NCBI GenBank assembly: GCA_964457775.1
Contig: CAYWEW010000007.1
Location: 6,961 to 70,960 of the forward strand
DNA: 64,000 bases
Direction: 5' to 3'
From: an uncultured Candidatus Saccharibacteria bacterium
GTDB lineage: Bacteria; Patescibacteriota; Minisyncoccia; Phycocordibacterales; UBA5272
Positions 17,288 to 26,000 of this stretch are shown in pieces. Both the position numbers and the translations under genes were made by a program. Position 1 is the first letter of the stretch, and each line of letters begins with the position of its first letter. The notes under the pieces are model-generated. The model saw only the letters and a program-made list of their open reading frames with translations. It was not told the origin of the DNA and searched no databases.

Positions 17288-19150
17288 ATGAAAAAAATTT
17301 ATACTAACAATTTAAAAATATCAGTTGCGCAAATGAGTCCAACACCAATGAATGTTGTGGCTAATTTGTCAGCAATTAAAGACTATATAAATAAAGCTAA
17401 AAATACTGGTTCACAAGTAGTTGTCTTTCCTGAGCTTTGTGTTTCTGGATATGTACTTGGTGATAGATTTGAGTACAGCGATTTTATAAATGAATTACAA
17501 GAAGCAAATGATACTATTCGTGAAATGAGTGAAGGTATTGTTGTTGTATGGGGGAACATTGTAAGTGACACTACTAAGATTGGTGAAGACGGACGCATTA
17601 GAAAATATAATGCTGTACTTATTGCGTACAATGGAAAGTGGGTAAGTAACGGTGTACTTCTAGGATTTTTACCAAAGAATAATCTTCCTAAATATCGTAT
17701 CTTTGATGATTCAAGACACTTTTATCCTGCATATAAATTAGTCAAAGAAATGAATTTAGAGTTGAACGATTTTTTTAAAGCTTTTGAAATAAATATTGAT
17801 GGTGTAATTTACAAAATAGCTTTGGCTATTTGTGAAGATATGTGGGAGGATGAATATTCAATAAAATTATCTAAGATATATCAAAAACAAAATATTGATT
17901 TGCTTGTCGACGTATCTGCCTCACCTTGGACACTGGGTAAGTGGCACGCACGTGAGAATATGCTTGTGAAAAGGGTTAAAGATTTGAATGCGCCAATGCT
18001 ATATGTTAATTGTGTTGGGCTACAAAATAATGGCAAGAATTTAATCTGGTTTGATGGAGCTTCTGTATTCGTTAAGGAGGATGGAGAATTTGTTTTTCGT
18101 GCAGAGAATAATATAAATAATTTGTATTCTTTTTCTGTTGCTGATTTAAAAGCAAATAATTCTTATAAACAAAAAAGTGAAGTAGAAGAACTTTATTCCA
18201 ATATCACAAGTGCAATGTATGAGTTCTATAAAGATTTTAATAAAGTAGTTGTTGGATTGTCAGGTGGCATAGATTCAGCACTTACACTTGCTTTACTTTG
18301 TGCTGTTTTACCAAAAGAAAAAATTCTTACAGTTAATATGCCAACTAGATTTAATTCTTCCACTACTAAAGATTTGGCTAAGAAATGTGCAGAGAATTTT
18401 GGTGTTGAGTATAAAGTAGTAGCAATTGATGAATTATTCGAAGCACAATGTAAAGTACTTTTGGATTCAGGTTTATCATCACTTAATACTTTAGTAAAAG
18501 AGAATATTCAAGCTCGTCTTCGTTTACAACAACTCGCAACTATTTCGGCATCTTATGGTGGGGTGTTTACCAACAATGGAAACAAGACAGAGGTATCCCT
18601 TAATTACTTTACACTTTATGGAGATGCAGGCGGATCATCAGCATTTCTTGGAGATCTTTGGAAAGGACAAGTGTATGAATTATCTAAATATATTAATTTA
18701 ATTAATAACAAAGAACTTATTCCAGAAGGAATTATAAATATTATTCCAAGTGCTGAACTTTCAGAAAATCAAAATGTAGACGAAGGGAAAGGGGATCCAA
18801 TCTTTTATGAATATCACGACAAATTACTTTTGGCTTTTGTTGAATCTCGTATAGGTATTACGGATATTCTTGTGAAATATGAGGCAGGCACCCTTGAAAA
18901 ATATTTGAAGTGTGAAGAAGGTACAATCGCAAAATATTTTAAGACAACAGCTGAATTCATTAATAATCTAGAATGGGCATGGAATGCATACAACACAGAA
19001 TATAAACGAGTACAGTTACCACCAGTATTTCTAGCATCTCGCAGAGCTTTTGGTTTTGACAGAAGAGACACTATCGCACCAGCTTTTTTCTCCCAAGAAT
19101 ATGTAACACTAAAAGAAAAACTCCTTACTTCATCTGATACTGCTACATAA
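17288..19150 (+). CDS. nadE: Glutamine-dependent NAD+ synthetase (N-terminal CN-hydrolase/nitrilase domain plus C-terminal NadE domain)
   Basis: PP-loop VVVGLSGGIDSA and an N-terminal carbon-nitrogen hydrolase fold. 620 aa. Confidence 0.9.
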   Translation: MKKIYTNNLKISVAQMSPTPMNVVANLSAIKDYINKAKNTGSQVVVFPELCVSGYVLGDRFEYSDFINELQEANDTIREMSEGIVVVWGNIVSDTTKIGEDGRIRKYNAVLIAYNGKWVSNGVLLGFLPKNNLPKYRIFDDSRHFYPAYKLVKEMNLELNDFFKAFEINIDGVIYKIALAICEDMWEDEYSIKLSKIYQKQNIDLLVDVSASPWTLGKWHARENMLVKRVKDLNAPMLYVNCVGLQNNGKNLIWFDGASVFVKEDGEFVFRAENNINNLYSFSVADLKANNSYKQKSEVEELYSNITSAMYEFYKDFNKVVVGLSGGIDSALTLALLCAVLPKEKILTVNMPTRFNSSTTKDLAKKCAENFGVEYKVVAIDELFEAQCKVLLDSGLSSLNTLVKENIQARLRLQQLATISASYGGVFTNNGNKTEVSLNYFTLYGDAGGSSAFLGDLWKGQVYELSKYINLINNKELIPEGIINIIPSAELSENQNVDEGKGDPIFYEYHDKLLLAFVESRIGITDILVKYEAGTLEKYLKCEEGTIAKYFKTTAEFINNLEWAWNAYNTEYKRVQLPPVFLASRRAFGFDRRDTIAPAFFSQEYVTLKEKLLTSSDTAT

Positions 19151-19212
19151 CAGGATGCAGTGTCAGATGAACCGTAGTTCTTTGTTAATTTTAAGGAAAG
19201 GAAGGGAATCAA

Positions 19213-20523
19213 ATGAACCCGAAACTTCGTGAGCTTATTGAAGAAACGATTAGGATTGTTCGCAGTAAGGAATTTGTTCCGCCTGTTCAAAATGTAACAG
19301 ATATTGATGTTTACAAATTATTCATGATGCAATTTATCAGGCATTATTACCCAGATGTTGAAGCAACTTTCAAGTTGACCGTAAGAGATAAAGCGATAAG
19401 ACTTTGGAAGTATGTTGACCAAGATGAGCTTCGTCAATCTTTTGACCACATGAGGTCACTTTCGCTACGAAAGACTGACCGATATTATCTTCGTGGCATG
19501 GATCTCTACGACAAGTACATGTTTAGCGAAGATTTTCTTTCTTCTTTCGGAAGTTTTCATCTTCCGGAGTACAAGATTGACCACAAAGATGGGATTATGG
19601 ATGTTCAATTTCCTGGTCTGTGGTCAGAGAGCTCTCTTTGGGAAACTGGCGGAATGGCTGTTATTTCTGAGTTGTACTATCGCGGATTTTTGAAGGAGCT
19701 TACTGATGATCAAATACGTGACCTCTATATAGTTGCGGATAACAGACTTCAGAATGATCTACTTCGAATCAAAAAGAATCCTTGGGTTCGATTTGCTGAT
19801 TTCGGACATCGTCGTCGTCATAGTTTTCTTTGGCAGAAGTATGTCATTGGTGAAACCAAACGTGTTCTCGGTGATCAGTTCATCGGTACCTCGGATGTCT
19901 GGATGGCTTTTCATTATGACTTGAACGTGATTGGTACGAATGCTCATGAATTGCCAATGGTAGTAACGGCAATTGCTAAGAGCGATGAGGAAATGCGTCA
20001 AGCTCAATACCAAGTTCTTTGGCAGTGGCAAGAGATGTACGGCAAGGGTCTACGCATCATTCTTCCTGACACTTATGGGTCTGAGCAGTTTTTTGCAAAT
20101 GCACCTAAGTGGTTATTGGAGTGGCGTGGTCAAAGGCAGGATTCTGGAGACCCTATTACTGAAATTGATAGGTACAAGGATTGGCTCATTTCTAATGGGG
20201 TTAATCCCAATGAAAGAATCTCTCTCCCTTCCGATGGTCTTGATGTTTCGTCGATGATTTCAATCGCGTCGCATTATGAAGGTAAGCATGTAACTGGTTT
20301 TGGTTACGGTACGGGCCTCACCAATAACTTCAATGGCATTCTACCTGGGAATGAAGATTTTCGGTCATTCTCAATGGTGATAAAAGCCTATTTGGCAAAT
20401 GGTAATCCTTGCGTGAAGTTGCCAAACGATATCAATAAGGCAACAGGGGAAGCTTCTGCAAAAGAGCGCTATCTCAGAGTCTTTGGTCGACAGCATCGAG
20501 TCGAAAGAGAAGTGTTTGTTTGA
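19213..20523 (+). CDS. pncB: Nicotinate phosphoribosyltransferase (PncB family)
   Basis: DVYKLFMMQ, FADFGHRRRHS (the FxDFGTRRR motif), IGTSDV and GTNAHE motifs of the type II PRTase NAPRTase family. Confidence 0.8.
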   Translation: MNPKLRELIEETIRIVRSKEFVPPVQNVTDIDVYKLFMMQFIRHYYPDVEATFKLTVRDKAIRLWKYVDQDELRQSFDHMRSLSLRKTDRYYLRGMDLYDKYMFSEDFLSSFGSFHLPEYKIDHKDGIMDVQFPGLWSESSLWETGGMAVISELYYRGFLKELTDDQIRDLYIVADNRLQNDLLRIKKNPWVRFADFGHRRRHSFLWQKYVIGETKRVLGDQFIGTSDVWMAFHYDLNVIGTNAHELPMVVTAIAKSDEEMRQAQYQVLWQWQEMYGKGLRIILPDTYGSEQFFANAPKWLLEWRGQRQDSGDPITEIDRYKDWLISNGVNPNERISLPSDGLDVSSMISIASHYEGKHVTGFGYGTGLTNNFNGILPGNEDFRSFSMVIKAYLANGNPCVKLPNDINKATGEASAKERYLRVFGRQHRVEREVFV

Positions 20524-20532
20524 AAAACTTTG

Positions 20533-20567
20533 AATCCGGTCAATATATTTTGACCGGATTTTTCTTT
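20533..20567 (+). terminator. Rho-independent terminator after pncB
   Basis: aatccggtcaa-tatattt-tgaccggatt followed by tttcttttat. Confidence 0.7.
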
Positions 20568-20588
20568 TATCTGGGTATTTAATTTTAC

Positions 20589-20628
20589 TTGCATTATATT
20601 TTATATAGTGTATAATGAACACTATATA
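20589..20628. promoter_or_regulatory. nadM promoter TTGCAT-16-TATAAT with the palindrome TATATAGTGT-ATAATGA-ACACTATATA (candidate NrtR operator 4) overlapping the -10
   Basis: Same TAGTGT-N7-ACACTA core and the same TTGCAT -35 as the pncA promoter. Confidence 0.5.
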
Positions 20629-20639
20629 ATTAATAAACT

Positions 20640-21554
20640 ATGAAAATAATCAAAAATATCAATCAATCAAAACAAAAGACCGTCGGAGTTGTAATCGGTA
20701 GATTTCAGCTTGCTAATTTGCACGAAGGTCACAAACACTTAATTGATACAGTTAAATCAAAGAATGATGAGATTTGTATTTTGCTTGGTTCATCAGGCGG
20801 GGCACCAACTAAGAGGAATCCACTTCCTTTTTCCATAAGAAAAGAAATGATTCAGGATTTATATAAAGATGCTAAGGTTTTTGAAATAGTTGATTCCAAA
20901 AATAAGTGGTCAGAGAATGTCGATAAAATTCTGAAGAAGAATTTTAAGAATAAAAATATTCGATTATACGGATCTAGAGATTCATTTTCCAAGTGGTACT
21001 TCGGAGAATTTCCTTTTGTCTATGTAAAAGAGATGCACGATATATCTGGAACAGAAATTAGAAATAGTAATATTTTACCAAAAGAAAAAGAAAGTTTTCG
21101 TCTCGGTATGATTGAAAGTCACAAGGTTAGATATCCTATTTCTTATCAAACAGCTGATATTGTTTTATTTGATGAAAAGAAAAGCAAAATTGTTTTAGGC
21201 CAAAAGGAGGATGTAAAAACTTGGTTCTTTCCTGGGGGCTTCGTTGATCCAAGTGATCTTTCTTTAGAAGATTCTGCAAAAAGAGAGTTAAGTGAAGAAG
21301 TGGTAAATATTGAAACAAAAGACGATGTTAAATATTTGGGCTCAATTAGAGTGAACGACCACAGATATAGAAATGAGGAAGACAAGATTATGACAAGTCT
21401 TTTTCTTATTAAATATAAAAGCGGAAAGATAAAAGCAGGAGATGATTTAAAAAGAGTAAAATGGTTTTCTTTAAAAGAGGCCAAGGAAGTCATTTCTGAC
21501 ACTCATACACCATTATTAAATATGTTATTAGAAAAGTACAGTAATGTATTATAA
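20640..21554 (+). CDS. nadM: Bifunctional NMN adenylyltransferase (NadM-type) / Nudix ADP-ribose pyrophosphatase
   Basis: N-terminal GRFQLANLHEGH (the HxGH nucleotidyltransferase motif). C-terminal Nudix box FPGGFVDPSDLSLEDSAKRELSEEV. Confidence 0.8.
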   Translation: MKIIKNINQSKQKTVGVVIGRFQLANLHEGHKHLIDTVKSKNDEICILLGSSGGAPTKRNPLPFSIRKEMIQDLYKDAKVFEIVDSKNKWSENVDKILKKNFKNKNIRLYGSRDSFSKWYFGEFPFVYVKEMHDISGTEIRNSNILPKEKESFRLGMIESHKVRYPISYQTADIVLFDEKKSKIVLGQKEDVKTWFFPGGFVDPSDLSLEDSAKRELSEEVVNIETKDDVKYLGSIRVNDHRYRNEEDKIMTSLFLIKYKSGKIKAGDDLKRVKWFSLKEAKEVISDTHTPLLNMLLEKYSNVL

Positions 21555-22266
21555 TATAGCAATGAAAAAGTTTTATATTATTGGGATTAATAACGAGGAA
21601 ATAAAAGATGAGTTTATTGGTCTTGGCTTTGTTTTGGATAAAGATAATCCCGATTTTGTGATTAGTTTTGGTGGGGATGGTACTTTACTTAAAAGTGAAT
21701 TTGAATATCCAGGTATACCAAAATTATTTTTGAAAAATACTAATGTTGGTAAATTGGCTCAAAATAAAAAGAATCAAGAAATAATTGATGGTTTTGTTAA
21801 TGGCCATTTTTTTATAAAAGAATATAAAAAATTAAAGATTACATTAAATCACGATAAATTTTTAATTGCATGTAATGAAATTAATATACATAATGCCAAT
21901 CCTCGCTCTGCAATAAGATTTAAAATTAAAGTTGATGATGATTATCTTCATCATGAGCTTATCGGAGACGGGGCGATTATTGCAAATGCTCTTGGTTCAA
22001 CTGGTTATTATAAATCGATTACCGACAGTTATTTTGAAGTTGGTATTGGTGTGGCATTTAATAATTCAACAGAAGCTGCTGACCACGTAGTGTTAGATGC
22101 GAAGAGAAAGATAAAGATTGAAATTACTCGTGGACCAGCAGAAGTGTTTGCAGATAATCAAGAAGAGTTTTTGAATGCAAAAGAAGGGGATGTTTTAGAA
22201 ATTGGAGAGATGGAAGAAACAGTAAAGCTTATCAGAATTCATGATGAAATTTTGGAGCAGGAATAG
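21544..22266 (+). CDS. nadK: NAD kinase (the start may be the internal ATG at 21565)
   Basis: GGDGT motif (ISFGGDGTLL) and GDGAIIANALGSTGYYKS (the DGxxxxTPTGSTAY motif). Confidence 0.8.
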   Translation: MYYNIAMKKFYIIGINNEEIKDEFIGLGFVLDKDNPDFVISFGGDGTLLKSEFEYPGIPKLFLKNTNVGKLAQNKKNQEIIDGFVNGHFFIKEYKKLKITLNHDKFLIACNEINIHNANPRSAIRFKIKVDDDYLHHELIGDGAIIANALGSTGYYKSITDSYFEVGIGVAFNNSTEAADHVVLDAKRKIKIEITRGPAEVFADNQEEFLNAKEGDVLEIGEMEETVKLIRIHDEILEQE

Positions 22267-22289
22267 GTTGTAAAAAGCCTGGTAATAAT

Positions 22290-22318
22290 TTGACACATGT
22301 CAAATTATGTTCTATAAT
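22290..22318 (+). promoter_or_regulatory. Canonical sigma70 promoter TTGACA-17-TATAAT. The -35 is embedded in the inverted repeat TTGACA-ca-TGTCAA.
   Basis: Exact consensus hexamers. About 75 nt upstream of the CPBP gene. Confidence 0.5.
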
Positions 22319-22392
22319 ATAAAAAGTAAAGTTGTAAAGAGTTAAATTATTCTTTATTTTGATTTAATGATTCTAATCAAGAGGAGAGACAT

Positions 22393-23133
22393 ATGTCTTT
22401 TTCTGCTAAAGAAGATTCAGAAGAAAATGATACCCCTTGGCCAGTTAGTGCGGTCGGAGCTTTCTTCTTCATTGGTGGCCTAGTTTACTTTTTTCCACAC
22501 CTCATTAAGCCATTTGGTTTCTTTGAGTTTTGGACAATAAAAGGCAATTTCTGGAATGCGGTCAAAGAAGCGTGGCCGTGGTATGCCTGGGGTTTTGGTG
22601 CCACGTTTATGTTTTTACTTTTTCGCAACGACAATATATCCACGCATAATAGCCCAATGGACAAGTTCATCAGTGGTGTATTAATTAGTGTTTGGGCTGG
22701 AGTTGCAGAAGAGATGGCATTTCGATGGTTATTTTTCTTTTCTGCCATTGTAATATTACCAGTATCAAACTGGATCTTTGGTGGCTGGTTTGGTCTCGAA
22801 CTGATTCGGTGGCTATACGAAGATGCTCTCTGTCCAATTGCAAACTTTTTCACTTTTGGATACCTTGAGCCTTATCTCATTAATGGATATGGTTGGGTAA
22901 TTGGTGCAGCTGTTATTAGTTCAAATGGTCGTTTCCGTAACGGTCATGCATACCAGGGAACACTAGGGTTAGTTAACTCTTGGTTTTTTGGAATGTACAT
23001 GCACTGGATGGTGTTCAAGTATGGCATTTTGCCGGCTATCTTTGTTCATTTTTTGTATGACTTTATTATCTTCACTATGGAAGCGATTAGTTCCATTTTT
23101 GATAAAAGTCGTTTTCAATCTCGTGCCCGGTAG
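22393..23133 (+). CDS. CPBP-family (CAAX protease / bacteriocin-processing) intramembrane metalloprotease
   Basis: Motif 1 VAEEMAFRW (EExxxR), motif 3 HFLYDF (HxxxD/N), multi-TM. Confidence 0.65.
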   Translation: MSFSAKEDSEENDTPWPVSAVGAFFFIGGLVYFFPHLIKPFGFFEFWTIKGNFWNAVKEAWPWYAWGFGATFMFLLFRNDNISTHNSPMDKFISGVLISVWAGVAEEMAFRWLFFFSAIVILPVSNWIFGGWFGLELIRWLYEDALCPIANFFTFGYLEPYLINGYGWVIGAAVISSNGRFRNGHAYQGTLGLVNSWFFGMYMHWMVFKYGILPAIFVHFLYDFIIFTMEAISSIFDKSRFQSRAR

Positions 23134-23145
23134 TAGAAATTCATT

Positions 23146-23199
23146 GGCTATTGAGTCTGACACATTACAAGTGTCGCACTCAATAGCCTTTTTATTTTT
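23146..23199 (+). terminator. Strong rho-independent terminator (10-bp outer stem with a nested inner stem) followed by tttttattttt
   Basis: ggctattgag-(tctgacacattacaagtgtcgca)-ctcaatagcc, then a T-run. Confidence 0.75.
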
Positions 23200-23405
23200 C
23201 TGTAAAATTATATTACTTGATGATTGTAAAAATACAATCTATTTTCCAAATACCAATATTGTGATTGTCGCGGAGAAATAAATAGCCTTTTGAGGTACAT
23301 TGAATTGATTTTAAAATGATTAATTGCTAGTATTCGAATCGGAAACAACTTCGTTCTTTTTAGTAACATAGACAGAAATAGACATTTAAAACCAGGGAGA
23401 AAATC

Positions 23406-23714
23406 GTGGAAAATCCAAAAGATGTGGTTAGGAAGCTTAATTTGTACATACTTCAAGTCATTTCTCAGTTGGCAAGAAATGATATTGCTGACACCATACT
23501 TCGATTCGATATTTCAAGAGAAGTTGCTGAATCTTTGGCAAAATTGAATACTGCCGAACTTGACGATCTGTCAATGTCACCAGTTTTTATGTTCGACATT
23601 AATCAAAAAAGTATTTTGGATGCTTTGAAAGACAGAGAACAAGGACATGGTTATAGAAGTTTACATAATTCTATAGTTGGTGTTTGTGCATTGATTAATG
23701 ATGAGGATAAATGA
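23406..23714 (+). CDS. flhD: FlhD-like transcriptional activator subunit (GTG start)
   Basis: 102 aa. KLNLYILQVISQLARNDIADTILRFDI...LAKLNTAELDDLSMSPVFMFDIN is colinear with E. coli FlhD ([27 protein letters not shown]...[25 protein letters not shown]). The 4-nt overlap with flhC gives the operon arrangement. Confidence 0.6.
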   Translation: MENPKDVVRKLNLYILQVISQLARNDIADTILRFDISREVAESLAKLNTAELDDLSMSPVFMFDINQKSILDALKDREQGHGYRSLHNSIVGVCALINDEDK

Positions 23715-24271
23715 TGAGAAAAACTACCCCTTATCAACAAATGATTGACACATCGTTAGCGGTAAGACTGATTCAGCTTGGAGCCAGGTTAATAGTTCTT
23801 TCAAATGAGCTGAATGTTTCCAAAGAAAAGTTGCTTGCGCTATACAAAGAAGTTAGCGGTGGAGATTCATCACCAAAAGGAATGTTACCATCTTCCGTTG
23901 ATTGGTTTGTGACATGGCAACCATGCGCACACTCTTCTTTGTTCATGGCGTACTACAAATTTTTTGAATCAACAACGACATTGTCTAAAGTAGAGTTATT
24001 GATAAAATCTTATGAAATGTATCTTGAGGAAGTTTCTCGACATAGGAATTATGATGAGGAACAACCAGTTTTATCTATAACTAGAGCGTGGATGATGTTG
24101 AGGATGATAAATGTAAATCACCCATTGCTTGTACTAACAAGATGCAAAAATTGCATTGGAAATTTTGTCACCAGAAGTAATGAGGGTGATAAGTTTTACG
24201 AAAACTATGTTTGTGGTTTCTGTAACAAACCAATAAGAGCAGGGAAAACTGAAAAATATTCCTTTGTTTGA
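23711..24271 (+). CDS. flhC: FlhC-like transcriptional activator subunit with the zinc-ribbon cysteines
   Basis: 186 aa. LGARLIVLSNELNVSKEKLLALYKEVSGGDSSPKGMLPSSVDWFVTWQPCAHSSLF parallels E. coli FlhC [55 protein letters not shown]. The four Zn-ligand Cys (CKNC...CGFC) are conserved. Confidence 0.8.
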   Translation: MMRKTTPYQQMIDTSLAVRLIQLGARLIVLSNELNVSKEKLLALYKEVSGGDSSPKGMLPSSVDWFVTWQPCAHSSLFMAYYKFFESTTTLSKVELLIKSYEMYLEEVSRHRNYDEEQPVLSITRAWMMLRMINVNHPLLVLTRCKNCIGNFVTRSNEGDKFYENYVCGFCNKPIRAGKTEKYSFV

Positions 24272-24313
24272 TTTTGGAACAGAGGACATAAGAAATTATG
24301 CCCTCTTTTTGTT

Positions 24314-25138
24314 TTATATTTTTTTCTTCAATTCCAGAATATTTTTAAAAAGATGTGCAACTGTAAGTGGTCCAACACCACCAGGGACAGGAGTAATTAT
24401 ACTTGCAATTTCTTCGCACGACGGGTGAAAGTCTCCAGCGAGCACACCAGCTTGTTCGCTTGTGCCAGCGTCAATGAGTATTACTCCGCCTTTGAAAAAT
24501 TCTTTTTTAAGATGATGAGGTTTACCAATTCCTGAAATAACAATATCTGCTTCTTTGTATAATTTCATTTTAGTCTCTTCTTCAGTATTTATATCTATAA
24601 TATTTGGATATGCCCCTTGATGCCTGAACCAGGCTGTAACAGGTAGACCAACAAGTATTCCTTGGCCAACAATAACTACTTTTTTATGTGTAATGTGAGT
24701 GTCGGTATCTTTTAAAATATGAGCAACAGCTAAAGCAACAGGAGGGGCAGGATTGTTATTTTTAATAAATGACACCCAAGCATCTTTTCCTAAAACATCA
24801 GCATCTAATTCTTTTGATATAGTATCAAGTACTCGTTTAGTGTTATATGAAGAAGGTAGTGGTAATTGAACAATAAGAGAGGTACATTCCTTTTTATTTA
24901 TTATATTTTGTATTTCACAAATTAAATTTTCTTCACCGATAGATTCTGGAAAATTGTATTCACTTATTGAGACATCAACAGCTTCAGCAAACTTTCTTTT
25001 AATTTTAATAAATGAAGCAATGCTTGGATGTGTTGAAACAGAAACAATGGCAAGTATTGGCTTATCTTTTAAATTATAAACTTCTAATTTTAGTTGTTCT
25101 TGTAGGAGGAGTGAAGCTTTTTTGCCATCGTATATCAT
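24314..25138 (-). CDS. folD: Bifunctional methylenetetrahydrofolate dehydrogenase / methenyl-THF cyclohydrolase
   Basis: 274 aa. The NAD(P)-binding VVIVGQGILVGLPV and overall FolD architecture. Confidence 0.9.
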   Translation of the reverse strand: MIYDGKKASLLLQEQLKLEVYNLKDKPILAIVSVSTHPSIASFIKIKRKFAEAVDVSISEYNFPESIGEENLICEIQNIINKKECTSLIVQLPLPSSYNTKRVLDTISKELDADVLGKDAWVSFIKNNNPAPPVALAVAHILKDTDTHITHKKVVIVGQGILVGLPVTAWFRHQGAYPNIIDINTEEETKMKLYKEADIVISGIGKPHHLKKEFFKGGVILIDAGTSEQAGVLAGDFHPSCEEIASIITPVPGGVGPLTVAHLFKNILELKKKI

Positions 25139-25194
25139 AGTGATTAGTATTGTATCAAAAATATTGTATACGTGTTGTGTGCTATGATAAGTAT

Positions 25195-25896
25195 ATGAAA
25201 AAAATATTACTCAGTATTGTATGGTTATTGGTTATTATCAGTACTTTTTATCTTGTTAACTACTTTTCAAAAAAGAATATTGTTACAGAAAAGACAAATG
25301 AAAATATTATAAACTCGGTAACTTTTGTGTGTGAGGGAAACAAAACCATTCAAGCAGTATTTTTTGAAGATAAAGTTGAACTTAATTTAAGTGATAAAAG
25401 AAATATTTTGCTAATGCAAGCGATATCAGCATCTGGTGCTCGTTATACAAATAGTGATGAATCATTTGTATTTTGGAATAAAGGAAATACAGCTTTTGTG
25501 GATGAGGGGGGTATAGTTACTTTTAAGGATTGTGTAGAAAAAAGTAAAGATGAAGAAAATAAACCCGTAGCACAAATGGGTAACCACGCATCTATTAATT
25601 GTCAGAAGGTTGGTGGTAATTTAGTAATACAAAAACGAGGCGACGGTGGTGAATATGGGCTATGTTATTTTGAAGAAAACAGAGCTTGTGAAGAATGGGC
25701 GCTTATGCGAGGTGAGTGTCCTTATGGTGGAAGAAAAACAACTGGGTATGACACAATAGATCAAAATTATTGTGCATGGTTAGGTGGAGAAACATTTGCT
25801 GTAAAAGATTCTGTATGTACATTCAAGAATGGCTCAAAATGTAAAACAATAGATTTGTATAATGGTAAATGTTCACCATCAAATACGACTCAATAA
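25195..25896 (+). CDS. Secreted/membrane-anchored MliC-like lysozyme-inhibitor domain fused to a DUF333 (putative hemolysin-like) Cys-rich domain
   Basis: N-terminal TM/signal helix. VTFVCEGNKTIQAVFFEDKVELNLSD...ASGARYTNSDESFVFWNKGNTAF fits the MliC beta-barrel pattern. The C-terminal CEEWALMRGECP...YCAWLGG fits DUF333. Confidence 0.5.
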   Translation: MKKILLSIVWLLVIISTFYLVNYFSKKNIVTEKTNENIINSVTFVCEGNKTIQAVFFEDKVELNLSDKRNILLMQAISASGARYTNSDESFVFWNKGNTAFVDEGGIVTFKDCVEKSKDEENKPVAQMGNHASINCQKVGGNLVIQKRGDGGEYGLCYFEENRACEEWALMRGECPYGGRKTTGYDTIDQNYCAWLGGETFAVKDSVCTFKNGSKCKTIDLYNGKCSPSNTTQ

Positions 25897-26000
25897 AAGT
25901 TTGCTTTCCTTGAGTTGTTTTGTTAGTCTTGTTTCCAGATGTGGATTTAGGCCAAACTACACGGCATTGTTGTGTGGAACTTGTTCCTTGAAAGGGGATT

